From Hyphomicrobiales bacterium (lineage in GTDB: Bacteria > Pseudomonadota > Alphaproteobacteria > Rhizobiales > Xanthobacteraceae): a stretch of 64,000 nucleotides of DNA. This document shows positions 26,539-37,931 of the stretch, piece after piece. The notes beneath the pieces are model-generated. The model worked only from the letters and a program-made list of their open reading frames with translations, searched no databases and was not told where the DNA came from. Location of the stretch: positions 22,520 through 86,519 of the forward strand of contig WHTM01000015.1 in assembly GCA_009377755.1 (NCBI GenBank), in the 5' to 3' direction. The first letter of the stretch is position 1, and each line of letters opens with the position of its first letter. Made by a program: the position numbers and the translations under genes.

Positions 26539-27507
26539 ATGATCACCTTGCGGCAGCTACGCTATCTGCATGCCCTCACGCAGCATCGGCATTTCGGCCG
26601 GGCGGCGGAGGCTGCGGGGGTGACCCAGCCCGCCCTCTCCATGCAAATCCGCGATCTGGAAAAGCATCTCGGTGTCGAACTGGTCGAACGCCGCCAGGGC
26701 GACGTTGCACTGACGGACATCGGCGCCGAGATCTCGCGGCGCGGCGAACGGCTGCTCGCCGCCGAGCGCGACCTCGTCGATTTCGCGCGCCATCGCGGGC
26801 GGCTGCTGACTGGCCGGCTCCGGCTCGGTGTCATCCCGACGCTCGCACCCTACGTCCTGCCGAAAATCCTACCCGCGCTGCAGCGGCGATATCCCGATTT
26901 GCGGGTGGAATTGCGCGAGACCCAGACGCGGCTCTTGATCGAGGAACTCGCCGGCGGCTCGCTTGATGTGGTGATGCTGGCGCTGCCGCTCGACGATCCC
27001 GAGTTCGAGACGATCCGCCTGTTTGACGATTCATTCCTGCTGGCGGTACCGGCGGACGACCCCCGCCCCGCAACAACGCGCGTGACGGCCGACAGCATCG
27101 ATCGGCGGCGTCTGATCCTGCTTGAAGAAGGACACTGCCTGCGTGACCAGGCGCTCGCATATTGCTCCGACCCGCAACGCAGTGGGGCCATGGGTCTCGG
27201 TGCGACCAGTCTCGCCACCGTGATGCAGATGGTGGCAAACGGCTTCGGCGTCACGCTGGTCCCGCGCGTCGCCGTTGATGTCGAGGTCCGCGACGAGCGC
27301 ATCAAGCTGTTGCGGTTTACCGCGCCGGAGCCGGGACGCACGATCGGCCTTGCCTGGCGCCGCACGTCGCCACGCAAGGTCGATTTCGTCGCGCTTGGGC
27401 AACTGATCACCGACGCGCTCGGGACCGCAGACGCCAACCGGCGCAGACCGGAGCACACCCTCGAGCGCGCCGCGCAGCCCGGCAGCGTGGGCGCGGCATC
27501 ATCGTAA
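26539..27507 (+). CDS. oxyR: LysR-family hydrogen peroxide sensor OxyR
   Basis: HTH region MITLRQLRYLHALTQHRHFGRAAEAAGVTQPALSMQIRDLE. Redox Cys pair with OxyR spacing in LEEGHCLRDQALAYC. Divergent from the catalase gene. Confidence 0.85.
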   Translation: MITLRQLRYLHALTQHRHFGRAAEAAGVTQPALSMQIRDLEKHLGVELVERRQGDVALTDIGAEISRRGERLLAAERDLVDFARHRGRLLTGRLRLGVIPTLAPYVLPKILPALQRRYPDLRVELRETQTRLLIEELAGGSLDVVMLALPLDDPEFETIRLFDDSFLLAVPADDPRPATTRVTADSIDRRRLILLEEGHCLRDQALAYCSDPQRSGAMGLGATSLATVMQMVANGFGVTLVPRVAVDVEVRDERIKLLRFTAPEPGRTIGLAWRRTSPRKVDFVALGQLITDALGTADANRRRPEHTLERAAQPGSVGAASS

Positions 27508-27537
27508 ACGGCGATTCACCATCGCGGTGACCGGCAT

Positions 27538-27553
27538 CCGCGCGTTTGCGCGG
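27538..27553 (+). terminator. weak hairpin downstream of oxyR
   Basis: CCGCGC-GTTT-GCGCGG. Only a short T-run follows (GTTTTC at about 27566), so this is not a strong intrinsic terminator. Confidence 0.3.
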
Positions 27554-27710
27554 CATGACGTTACCGTTTTCACCCCTTGTCACGAAACCTTTCGACGAAT
27601 TTTAACGGTAACCAAGGATATGCCCGCCCATGGCCCCTTCTTGGGTTACATACACGAGCGTCTGCCATGATCTCCGCCCGCGATCGATCGTTTTGCCATT
27701 GGGGAATCGG

Positions 27711-28658
27711 ATGCTAGCCGATCATATCTTCGCGGATTTTCAGCCGCGCCATGCACAGTTGTTCGGGCGGCACATCATCAATCTCGGACACCGCCTCCAC
27801 GAGTCGCCGTTGTTCACCGACGACGCGCTTGCGCGGCTGCTGGAGAACGCGCCGCGTTCGAGCTACCACGTCAACACGATGGATCCGACGACGCACGATC
27901 CCCGCACGCGCCGTGAGGGCGACATCGTCGGCTTGAGCGGCAAGGAAGTCTTGGAGGCCGTCCGCCAGGGGCGCATCTGGATTCTTTTCCAGAATCCCGG
28001 AGAGGCCGACAAGGCCTACGACGAGATGCCCGCCGATATTTACGCAGGCTTCGAGGCGCGTGTGCCGGGCCTCAAGACCTTCCGCCACAAGATGAGCATC
28101 CTGGTCTCCTCGCCGAAGGTGCAAGTCTACTATCACGCCGACGCGCCCGGTCAGACACTGTGGCAGGTGCGCGGCGTGAAGAGGGTTTACGTCTATCCGG
28201 GCACCGCTCCGTTTCTGCCGCAGGATCGGATCGAAAAGATCATTCTCGGCGAAGCGCACGAGATCAGCCTCGACTACCAATCGTGGTTCGACGACTACGC
28301 AAAGGTGATCGACCTCGAACCCGGTCAGATGCTGCATTGGCCGCTCAATTGGCCGCATCGCATCGTCAATCATGACTGCCTCAACGTCTCGTTCACGACC
28401 GAGCATTGGACCAGCAGTCTGCGGGCCGCCTATCTGGTGAAGTACGCCAACGGCGTGCTGCGGCGGTACATGCCGTCGGCGCGCCTGTCGGAGTCGGTCG
28501 ACGGGCCGGCAGCGTGGGCGAAGTTCGGTCTCGCCGGCTTCGTGAAGATGTCCGGCCTGCAGGCGAAGCGGCGGCAACGCTTCACTATCGATTTCCGCGT
28601 CGATCCGCTGGCGCCGCTCGGCGTGCGAAACATCGACGCCTACGCACTACAGAAATAG
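27711..28658 (+). CDS. cupin / JmjC-like domain protein (putative Fe(II)/2-oxoglutarate oxygenase)
   Basis: HxD in VYYHADAPGQTLWQVRGVKRVYVYP and a distal His in HWPLNWPHRIVN. ATG 27711 follows GGGGAA. Confidence 0.55.
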   Translation: MLADHIFADFQPRHAQLFGRHIINLGHRLHESPLFTDDALARLLENAPRSSYHVNTMDPTTHDPRTRREGDIVGLSGKEVLEAVRQGRIWILFQNPGEADKAYDEMPADIYAGFEARVPGLKTFRHKMSILVSSPKVQVYYHADAPGQTLWQVRGVKRVYVYPGTAPFLPQDRIEKIILGEAHEISLDYQSWFDDYAKVIDLEPGQMLHWPLNWPHRIVNHDCLNVSFTTEHWTSSLRAAYLVKYANGVLRRYMPSARLSESVDGPAAWAKFGLAGFVKMSGLQAKRRQRFTIDFRVDPLAPLGVRNIDAYALQK

Positions 28659-28666
28659 GTTCGATC

Positions 28667-29884
28667 GTGCCTGGCGCATTGTCCGCGCAAGCCATCTATG
28701 ACGCTTCCCGGCTCGGCTCACGGGCCGTGACTTTTCCCCATGCCGTGAGCGTTCTCACAACGCCGGCGGACGTCGCCGCCGCCGCCGACGAGTGGGACGA
28801 ACTTGAGCGGCGCAGCAACCAGGTTTCGTTCTTTCAATCGTCCGCCTGGTCGATGCTGGCATGCCGGATCTTCCACCAGCTCTATGGCCGAGACTTCAAG
28901 CCCCTGGTGGTGACGGTCCGACGCGGATGCGAGCTGGTGGCCGTGGCCCCATTCCGCATCATCAAGACCGGCCCGATCCGACTCGCCACCGATCTGACGG
29001 ACCCATTTGGCCAATACAGCGGGATACTGATCGCAGGTGACGTCAACGCCGATACCGTTGTGGCTGAAATCATTGCCGTGCTCAGGTCGACAGCCGGTGT
29101 TGACGGACTATTCCTGCGGCGCGTGCGTGCGGATTCTCCCGCCTATGCCGCGCTCATGTGCCGTGGCTTTGCCGCCAGCGCCACCGACGCGGCACCGTTC
29201 ATCGACCTGCAGCCGTGTCGTTCATTCGAGGACTACCAGAAGACCGTCAACGTCAAGTCGCGCAAAAATCTACGCAACCTGCGCAACCGCATGGCTCGCC
29301 TGGCGCCCGTCACGCATCGCGTGGCGGTCGGCGATGGTGTACGGCGGATCATTGACGAGAGCTTCGAAGGCCGCTTGCGCTGGCTTGACGAACACGGAAT
29401 ACCGTCGATGGCCTTTGGCCACCCGGCCTTTGGCGCGTTGCTCGTCGGCATCCGGAACCTAGCCCGGCGTGGCGATTTTTCGATTCTGGCGATGGGTCTG
29501 TACTGCGGCGAAACGCCGGTGTCGCTGCAATGGGGCTTCATTCATCGCGATCGCTACTACGCATACATCGCAGCGCGGAATCCCGAGTACGACGCCTACA
29601 GTCCCGGGCGGCTGCACCTGGAGGACGTCATCCGCACGTGCTTTGAGCGAGGTATCGGGACCTGCGATTTCCTGGCACCGGCGGCGCGCTACAAATTGAC
29701 GTGGACCGAACAGGCGACCGAGGTCGTCGACATCGCCGTGCCGTTCACGATCATCGGCCGGCTTTGGCTGGACGTGTGGAACCGCCGGCTTCGTCCGGCG
29801 ATCAAGAGCCGATACTCGCAGCTTCCGCTCTGGCTGCGGCGCAGAATTCGGCGAATAACGACCGACTCGCCATCCGCGACATAG
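28667..29884 (+). CDS. CelD/BioF2-like GNAT family acyltransferase (Acetyltransf_6 type)
   Basis: Begins EWDELERRSNQVSFFQSSAW and contains YYAYIAARNPEYDAYSPGRLHLEDVI..GIGTCDF. The probable GTG start at 28667 is 8 nt after the cupin stop. The track's upstream part overlaps the cupin gene out of frame. Confidence 0.6.
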   Translation: MPGALSAQAIYDASRLGSRAVTFPHAVSVLTTPADVAAAADEWDELERRSNQVSFFQSSAWSMLACRIFHQLYGRDFKPLVVTVRRGCELVAVAPFRIIKTGPIRLATDLTDPFGQYSGILIAGDVNADTVVAEIIAVLRSTAGVDGLFLRRVRADSPAYAALMCRGFAASATDAAPFIDLQPCRSFEDYQKTVNVKSRKNLRNLRNRMARLAPVTHRVAVGDGVRRIIDESFEGRLRWLDEHGIPSMAFGHPAFGALLVGIRNLARRGDFSILAMGLYCGETPVSLQWGFIHRDRYYAYIAARNPEYDAYSPGRLHLEDVIRTCFERGIGTCDFLAPAARYKLTWTEQATEVVDIAVPFTIIGRLWLDVWNRRLRPAIKSRYSQLPLWLRRRIRRITTDSPSAT

Positions 29885-29975
29885 CGCCGAGGGCAATCGC
29901 ATGCCGCCATACGGCAACAAGGCGGTAACTTGGGTGCTTATCCAGTACGCCTAGGTTCCGACTCTCACACACAAA

Positions 29976-29996
29976 CAACAACAACAACAACAACAA
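29976..29996. repeat. (CAA)7 / (TTG)7 trinucleotide microsatellite
   Basis: Seven perfect CAA units preceded by CACACACAAA. Directly abuts the terminator hairpin. Confidence 0.9.
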
Positions 29997-30019
29997 GGGC
30001 GGCCCTAACGGCCGCCCTT
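29995..30019 (-). terminator. intrinsic terminator hairpin downstream of pnp (possibly bidirectional)
   Basis: AAGGGCGGCC-loop-GGCCGCCCTT, a 10-bp perfect stem. On the minus strand it is followed by GTTGTTGTTG..., a U/G-rich tail made of the microsatellite. Confidence 0.6.
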
Positions 30020-30103
30020 CTGGTGTCCTATCACTGAGGGCAATTTGCCCAAGTGTCTTTGTCTTTATTCAGCGGCATCGGTGGCCGGCTGTCTTGATCA
30101 CTG

Positions 30104-32275
30104 TCACTCCCCGGCGACAGCGTCCTGCGGCTGGTCACGTCCCGTCTCGCGCTCGACCTTCTGCTTAGCCTCAAGGTCCTCGCCGGTCGCCTGATCGACC
30201 ACTTTCATCGACAGCCGCACCTTGCCGCGGTCGTCGAAGCCCAGCAGCTTGACTTTGACCTTGTCGCCTTCCTTGACGACGTCGGTGACCTTCTGCACCC
30301 GATTGGGCGCGAGCTGGCTGATGTGAACCAGACCATCCTTGGCGCCGAAGAAATTGACGAAGGCGCCGAAGTCCATGGTCTTGACCACGGTGCCTTCGTA
30401 GATCTGGCCGACCTCCGGATCGGACGCGATCGACTTGATCCAGTTGATCGCCGCCTTGATCGACTCGCCCTTGGCGGAAGCGACCTTCACGGTTCCGTCG
30501 TCGGAAATGTCGATCTTGGCGCCGGTCTTCTCCACGATCTCGCGGATCACCTTGCCGCCGGAGCCGATCACTTCGCGGATCTTGTCGGTCGGGATCGAGA
30601 ACACCTCGATGCGCGGCGCGTGCTCGCCGAGCTCGGCGCGCGCCGTCGTGAGCGACTTCGCCATCTCGTCGAGAATGTGCAGGCGGCCATCCTTCGCCTG
30701 GCCGAGCGCGACGTGCATGATCTGCTCGGTGATGCCGGCGATCTTGATGTCCATCTGCAACGAGGTGATGCCGTGCTCGGTGCCGGCGACCTTGAAGTCC
30801 ATGTCACCGAGATGGTCCTCGTCGCCGAGGATGTCGGACAGCACCGCGAAGCGCTCGCCCTCAAGGATCAGGCCCATGGCGATGCCGGCGGTCGGCCGCT
30901 TCAGCGGCACCCCCGCATCCATCAGCGCCAGCGACGAGCCGCACACCGTCGCCATCGATGAAGAACCATTCGATTCGGTGATCTCGGAGACCACCCGGAG
31001 CGTGTAGGGGAACTCGTGATGCGGCGGCAGCACCGGATGGATCGCCCGCCAGGCCAGCTTGCCGTGACCGATCTCGCGGCGCTTGGTGCCGCCCATGCGC
31101 CCCACTTCGCCCACCGAGAACGGCGGGAAGTTGTAGTGCAGCAGGAACGTTTCCTTGTAGGTGCCGGGCAGCGCGTCGACGTACTGCTCGTCCTCGCCGG
31201 TGCCGAGCGTGGCGACGACGAGCGCCTGCGTCTCGCCGCGCGTGAACAGCGCCGAACCGTGCGCGCGGGGCAGCACGCCGACTTCGGCCACGATGGGCCG
31301 CACCGTCTTGACGTCGCGCCCATCGATACGATTGCCGGTGTCAAGAATGTTCCAGCGCACGATCTTGGCCTCGATGTCCTTGAACACGCCGGCAACCCGC
31401 TGCTTGCCATAGGCCGGCTCGACGCCATCGGGGAAGTAGTGCGCGATCACCTTCGCCTTGGCGGCATCGACAGCCACGTGACGCTGCACCTTGTCGGGAA
31501 TTGCATAGGCGGCGCGGAGATCCTGCTCAACCAGCCCGAGCATCTCCTTCTCGAGGTCGGCGTTGTCGACGACGGTGAGATCGCGCGGCTCCTTCGCCGC
31601 CTTCTCGGCGAGCCGGATGATGGCATCGATCACCGGCTGGAAATGCCGGTGGCCGAACATTACCGCGCCGAGCATCACGTCCTCGGCGAGTTCCTTGGCT
31701 TCCGACTCGACCATCAGCACCGCGTCGGCGGTGCCGGCGACGACCAGATCGAGCTGGCTCTCGGTCATTTCGTCGAGTACCGGGTTGAGCACGTATTCGT
31801 TGTTGATGAAGCCGACGCGTGCCGCGCCGATCGGACCCATGAACGGCACGCCCGACAGCGTCAACGCCGCCGAGGTGGCGACCAGCGCCAGAATTTCGGG
31901 GTCGTTCTCCAGGTCGTGCGACAGCGTCGTCACGATCACCTGGGTCTCGTTGCGCCAGCTATCGGCGAACAGCGGCCGGATCGGCCGGTCGATCAGGCGG
32001 CAGACGAGCGTTTCCTTTTCGGTCGGACGGCCTTCGCGCTTGAAGTAGCCGCCGGGAATGCGGCCTGCCGCGTAGTACTTCTCCTGGTAGTCGACGGTCA
32101 GCGGCAGGAAATCGACGCCTTCACGCGGCTGCTTAGCGGCGACCACGGTCGCGAGCACTTTCGTCTCGCCGTAGGTCGCGAGCACCGCGCCATCGGCCTG
32201 GCGCGCCATCTTTCCCGTCTCAAGGATGAGCTTGCGCCCGCCCCAGTCCAAAGCCTCACGATGAATATCGAACAT
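30104..32275 (-). CDS. pnp: polyribonucleotide nucleotidyltransferase (PNPase)
   Basis: 723 aa with two RNase PH domains, KH and S1 ([20 protein letters not shown]). Canonical position downstream of rpsO. Confidence 0.95.
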   Translation of the reverse strand: MFDIHREALDWGGRKLILETGKMARQADGAVLATYGETKVLATVVAAKQPREGVDFLPLTVDYQEKYYAAGRIPGGYFKREGRPTEKETLVCRLIDRPIRPLFADSWRNETQVIVTTLSHDLENDPEILALVATSAALTLSGVPFMGPIGAARVGFINNEYVLNPVLDEMTESQLDLVVAGTADAVLMVESEAKELAEDVMLGAVMFGHRHFQPVIDAIIRLAEKAAKEPRDLTVVDNADLEKEMLGLVEQDLRAAYAIPDKVQRHVAVDAAKAKVIAHYFPDGVEPAYGKQRVAGVFKDIEAKIVRWNILDTGNRIDGRDVKTVRPIVAEVGVLPRAHGSALFTRGETQALVVATLGTGEDEQYVDALPGTYKETFLLHYNFPPFSVGEVGRMGGTKRREIGHGKLAWRAIHPVLPPHHEFPYTLRVVSEITESNGSSSMATVCGSSLALMDAGVPLKRPTAGIAMGLILEGERFAVLSDILGDEDHLGDMDFKVAGTEHGITSLQMDIKIAGITEQIMHVALGQAKDGRLHILDEMAKSLTTARAELGEHAPRIEVFSIPTDKIREVIGSGGKVIREIVEKTGAKIDISDDGTVKVASAKGESIKAAINWIKSIASDPEVGQIYEGTVVKTMDFGAFVNFFGAKDGLVHISQLAPNRVQKVTDVVKEGDKVKVKLLGFDDRGKVRLSMKVVDQATGEDLEAKQKVERETGRDQPQDAVAGE

Positions 32276-32600
32276 TGCGTTTGTCTCTCATGGTTTTCGC
32301 GAAGGCCGGAAAGCCATGAGCAAGACGGCGAGAGGCTGTTCCCGCCCGCTGCGTAGCGGACTGAACCAGCCTCCGGCGATCCTGCCATGGCCTTCGCCTT
32401 CGGTTTCTGAACGGATCATTCAACGACCCGTTCCGGGTCGGCAGCAATGCTGCCGGTCTTGTGCTGCGGACGCATCCGGCGTCCACGAACGGCGCGGATT
32501 GACCCGCGAACGATTGGTGCGGTGGATTTGAAGTTGCCGACAATGCTGCAGCAGGCTCCTTCCAGGAACTTCAAAACTACACCAGACTCCTTAGCTGCTC

Positions 32601-32713
32601 GTGTCGCTTTGATTTCGGACGTTCGCGTCAGAGTACGCTGAAAGTCCAAGCGAACGTCCGAACACGACACTAGAGCGCTATTGTCTTTGATTGAATCTCA
32701 GTCGCGCTCTAGC
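32601..32713. repeat. family E repeat copy in the rpsO-pnp intergenic leader
   Basis: GTGTCGCTTTGATTTCGGACGTTCGC and AAGCGAACGTCCGAACACGACACTAGAGCGC, plus CTAGAGCGC/GCGCTCTAG arms. Related to 17870-18100. Confidence 0.6.
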
Positions 32714-32724
32714 TTTTTTTTGAA

Positions 32725-32767
32725 CATGATCTTTTCCGAAAATCGGTTCCCACTTTTCGGGATCATG
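32725..32767 (-). terminator. two-tier hairpin immediately 3' of rpsO (attenuator/processing hairpin candidate)
   Basis: Minus strand reads CATGATC-CCGAAAA-loop-TTTTCGG-AAAA-GATCATG, followed by TTC-A8 rather than a U-tract. Begins 3 nt after the rpsO stop. Confidence 0.35.
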
Positions 32768-32769
32768 CT

Positions 32770-33039
32770 CTAGCGGCGAATGCCGAGCCGCTCGATCAAC
32801 GTCTTGTAGCGCGATTCGTCGATGCGCTTGACGTAATCGAGGAGCGTGCGGCGCTGCGATACCATCTTGAGCAGACCACGCCGGGAGTGGTTGTCCTTGA
32901 CGTGGGTCTTGAAATGCTCGGTCAGGTTGGTAATGCGCTCCGTCAGGATCGCAACCTGGATTTCCGGCGAACCGGTGTCGCCGGTCTTGGTTCCATACGT
33001 CTTGATGACTTCCGCCTTACGCGCGGCCGTAATCGACAT
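32770..33039 (-). CDS. rpsO: 30S ribosomal protein S15
   Basis: [46 protein letters not shown].., 89 aa from ATG 33039. The track start 33045 is a TTG. Confidence 0.95.
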   Translation of the reverse strand: MSITAARKAEVIKTYGTKTGDTGSPEIQVAILTERITNLTEHFKTHVKDNHSRRGLLKMVSQRRTLLDYVKRIDESRYKTLIERLGIRR

Positions 33040-33041
33040 CG

Positions 33042-34085
33042 TCAATGACCTTTCTGGAGAACGGCTCTGCCCACCAGACCGTTCAAGTTGAACACGCGCT
33101 TTGGAACGATCTCGCCGCGGTCGACTTCGGCCAGGGCGACGAGCTGACCCGACGCCGTGACAGATGCCAGACCACGGAAGACGGGCGCGTCCCGTCCGCG
33201 CATCAAGACGGCCTGGCCGCGTTGCAGCCGGGCCGCATCCGCCCGACTGACGGCCAGCGCCGGGATGTCGTCCAGCGCGGTCTCAACGGGGAGGAGTGCA
33301 TCGGCGGGGCTTCCCTCGCCGGCTGCGGCTCTATGGCATAAAGCCTCAAGCCGTTCCAGCGAAATCATGGTGTTTTCGTTGAACGGGCCAACCGCCGTGC
33401 GCCGCAGCGCACTGACGTGGCCGAGGCAGCCGAGTACCAGCCCCATGTCGCGGGCAAGCGCCCGCACATAGGTGCCCTTGCCGCATTCGGCGGCGAAGAC
33501 GGCGTGATCCGGATCCGGGGCATTGACCAGTTCAAGACGGTGAACGTTCACCAAACGGCTTTCGATTTCCACCGTCTCGCCTTCGCGGGCGAGGTCGTAG
33601 GCACGCTCGCCAGCGATCTTGATGGCCGAATAGCGTGGCGGCACCTGCGCGACGGTCCCGGTGAACTGCGGAAGCACGGATCGGATCGCGTCCGCACCGT
33701 GCCGCTGATCGCTGGCCGCAACCACCTGGCCCTCGGCGTCGTCGGTATCGCGCTGCTCGCCCCAGCGCACCGTGAACGCATAGGCCTTGCGGCCGTCCAT
33801 GACGAACGGAACCGTCTTGGTCGCCTCGCCGAGCGCGATCGGCAGGCAGCCGGACGCCAGCGGATCGAGCGTGCCGGCATGACCGGCGCGCCTAGCGGTG
33901 AACAGCCGCTTGATAACCCCGACCGCGTGCGTCGAGGTCACGCCGACGGGTTTGTCGAGCACGACCCAGCCGTGCACGTCGCGCTTGTCGCGCCGGCGCT
34001 GCTGCTTCCCTTGCGCAGGCCTCTCCTCTCCCTCCCCCGCCTGCGGGGAAGGTGAAAAAAGCTGCATGCGCGTCGGATCAATCAT
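33042..34085 (-). CDS. truB: tRNA pseudouridine(55) synthase TruB
   Basis: [14 protein letters not shown] and [12 protein letters not shown] (catalytic Asp). Start uncertain; ATG 34085 overlaps the rbfA stop (ATGATTGA). Confidence 0.85.
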   Translation of the reverse strand: MIDPTRMQLFSPSPQAGEGEERPAQGKQQRRRDKRDVHGWVVLDKPVGVTSTHAVGVIKRLFTARRAGHAGTLDPLASGCLPIALGEATKTVPFVMDGRKAYAFTVRWGEQRDTDDAEGQVVAASDQRHGADAIRSVLPQFTGTVAQVPPRYSAIKIAGERAYDLAREGETVEIESRLVNVHRLELVNAPDPDHAVFAAECGKGTYVRALARDMGLVLGCLGHVSALRRTAVGPFNENTMISLERLEALCHRAAAGEGSPADALLPVETALDDIPALAVSRADAARLQRGQAVLMRGRDAPVFRGLASVTASGQLVALAEVDRGEIVPKRVFNLNGLVGRAVLQKGH

Positions 34086-34497
34086 CGTCATTGCCGTTAT
34101 CGCTTGCGAGATCGCGCTGAACCTCGGGTGTTCGCAGAAGCTTCTCGATTCGTTCGACCTCGTCGAATCGGTCGTCGATGCGGAAGCGAAGGTCCGGTGC
34201 AAATTTCAGGTTAACGCGGCGCGCGATCTCGCCGCGCAGGTAGCGCTTGTGGCGATCGAGCGCGGCGACCACGTCGTTCCCGCACTTGCCGCCGAGCGGC
34301 ATCACGTAGATCGTGGCAAGCCGCAGGTCCGGGCTCATCCGCACCTCCGGCACGGTGATGAGGCGCCCTTCCAGAACCGGGTCGTGCACGTCGCCGCGCG
34401 TCAGCATGTCGGCCAGCGCATGGCGCACCAGTTCGCCGACGCGCAACGCGCGTTGCGACGGTCCGATGCCGCTGTCTCGGCGTTGTTGCCGTGCCAT
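34078..34497 (-). CDS. rbfA: ribosome-binding factor A
   Basis: Begins [32 protein letters not shown] and contains [19 protein letters not shown]. The track's upstream extension is translation of the family B repeat. Confidence 0.88.
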   Translation of the reverse strand: MARQQRRDSGIGPSQRALRVGELVRHALADMLTRGDVHDPVLEGRLITVPEVRMSPDLRLATIYVMPLGGKCGNDVVAALDRHKRYLRGEIARRVNLKFAPDLRFRIDDRFDEVERIEKLLRTPEVQRDLASDNGNDDD

Positions 34498-34519
34498 TCC
34501 GAAAGCCTTGCATTGTTGC

Positions 34520-34608
34520 GTCATGGCCGGGCTTGTCCCGGCCATCCACGTCTTGGGATGCTGCATCGTCTCTAAGACGTGGATGCCCGGCACAAGGCCG
34601 GGCATGAC
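34520..34608. repeat. family B palindromic repeat between infB and rbfA
   Basis: GTCATGGCCGGGCTTGTCCCGGCCATCCACGTCTT..AAGACGTGGATGCCCGGCACAAGGCCGGGCATGAC. Near-identical arms to 21594-21675. Confidence 0.75.
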
Positions 34609-34628
34609 GGACCTGTGCAGCGCCTCGC

Positions 34629-37216
<2,588 letters not shown>

Positions 37217-37223
37217 TCCGTTC

Positions 37224-37916
37224 CTAATCCTCGGCCCCTTCGGTTCGACGGGCATCGTTCCCGCCCGGTGAACTCCCGGTCCGAAAGCGCGTCAGGCGCG
37301 CATGCCGCGCCAAGAAAGTATCGCTCACAGACCCCGCCAACAGGGCTGCATGTACCACATTTGGCCGCGCAAGTGCCAAATCCAATTGGTCCGATGACAA
37401 ATCGGTGACGATTCTGACCCGGTTTGCATCGTCGAACCGCCGTTGCAGTGCGGCATCGAGCTTCCGCACCCCGTCGGCCGCAGCGCCTGAGGCGTGCAGC
37501 AACGCCACGACCGGCTCCCGCGCCAGCGCTGCATCGACCTTGGCAAAGCCCATCACCGCCAGCGAGGCCTTGCCGCAGATGGCAAGCGCGTCGAGCACGG
37601 CACGTTCCAGCAGTCCATCGGTCAAGACCACCAACCCGGCGTCGGCCCGCACGTCGCGTTTGAAGCCGGTGCCGATCGCCTTGCGCTTGACGGCCTGTGC
37701 CAGCGCGTCGCGCGTTGCGGTCACCCAGATGCCGCGGCCCGGAAGCTTGCGCTTGAGATCGGGTACCACGGTGCCGTCCGGCGCCACGACAAAGCGGATC
37801 ATCTCGCCGATCGGCTTGACCGTCCGGGTGGCGATGCACATGCGCTCGGTAACCGACTGGTCGCTCCGCGGGCCGGCGTCGGCATCACCATTGCTATCCT
37901 GCAGACGGGCAAGCAT
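37224..37916 (-). CDS. YlxR/DUF448-family RNA-binding protein (nusA-infB operon protein)
   Basis: Contains [42 protein letters not shown]. Canonical position between nusA and infB. Confidence 0.8.
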   Translation of the reverse strand: MLARLQDSNGDADAGPRSDQSVTERMCIATRTVKPIGEMIRFVVAPDGTVVPDLKRKLPGRGIWVTATRDALAQAVKRKAIGTGFKRDVRADAGLVVLTDGLLERAVLDALAICGKASLAVMGFAKVDAALAREPVVALLHASGAAADGVRKLDAALQRRFDDANRVRIVTDLSSDQLDLALARPNVVHAALLAGSVSDTFLARHARLTRFRTGSSPGGNDARRTEGAED

Positions 37917-37931
37917 GTGGTTCGCAGATCC

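Noticed and set aside
25978-27507. 509-aa ORF extending oxyR far upstream into katA
   Set aside because: The upstream 187 codons are antisense to catalase. The LysR HTH begins at ATG 26539, and the katA / oxyR divergent arrangement is standard.
29802-29996. 64-aa ORF beginning MLLLLLLFVCES
   Set aside because: It is an artefact of translating the (TTG)7 microsatellite and intergenic DNA. It has a TTG start, no SD, and lies over the terminator region.
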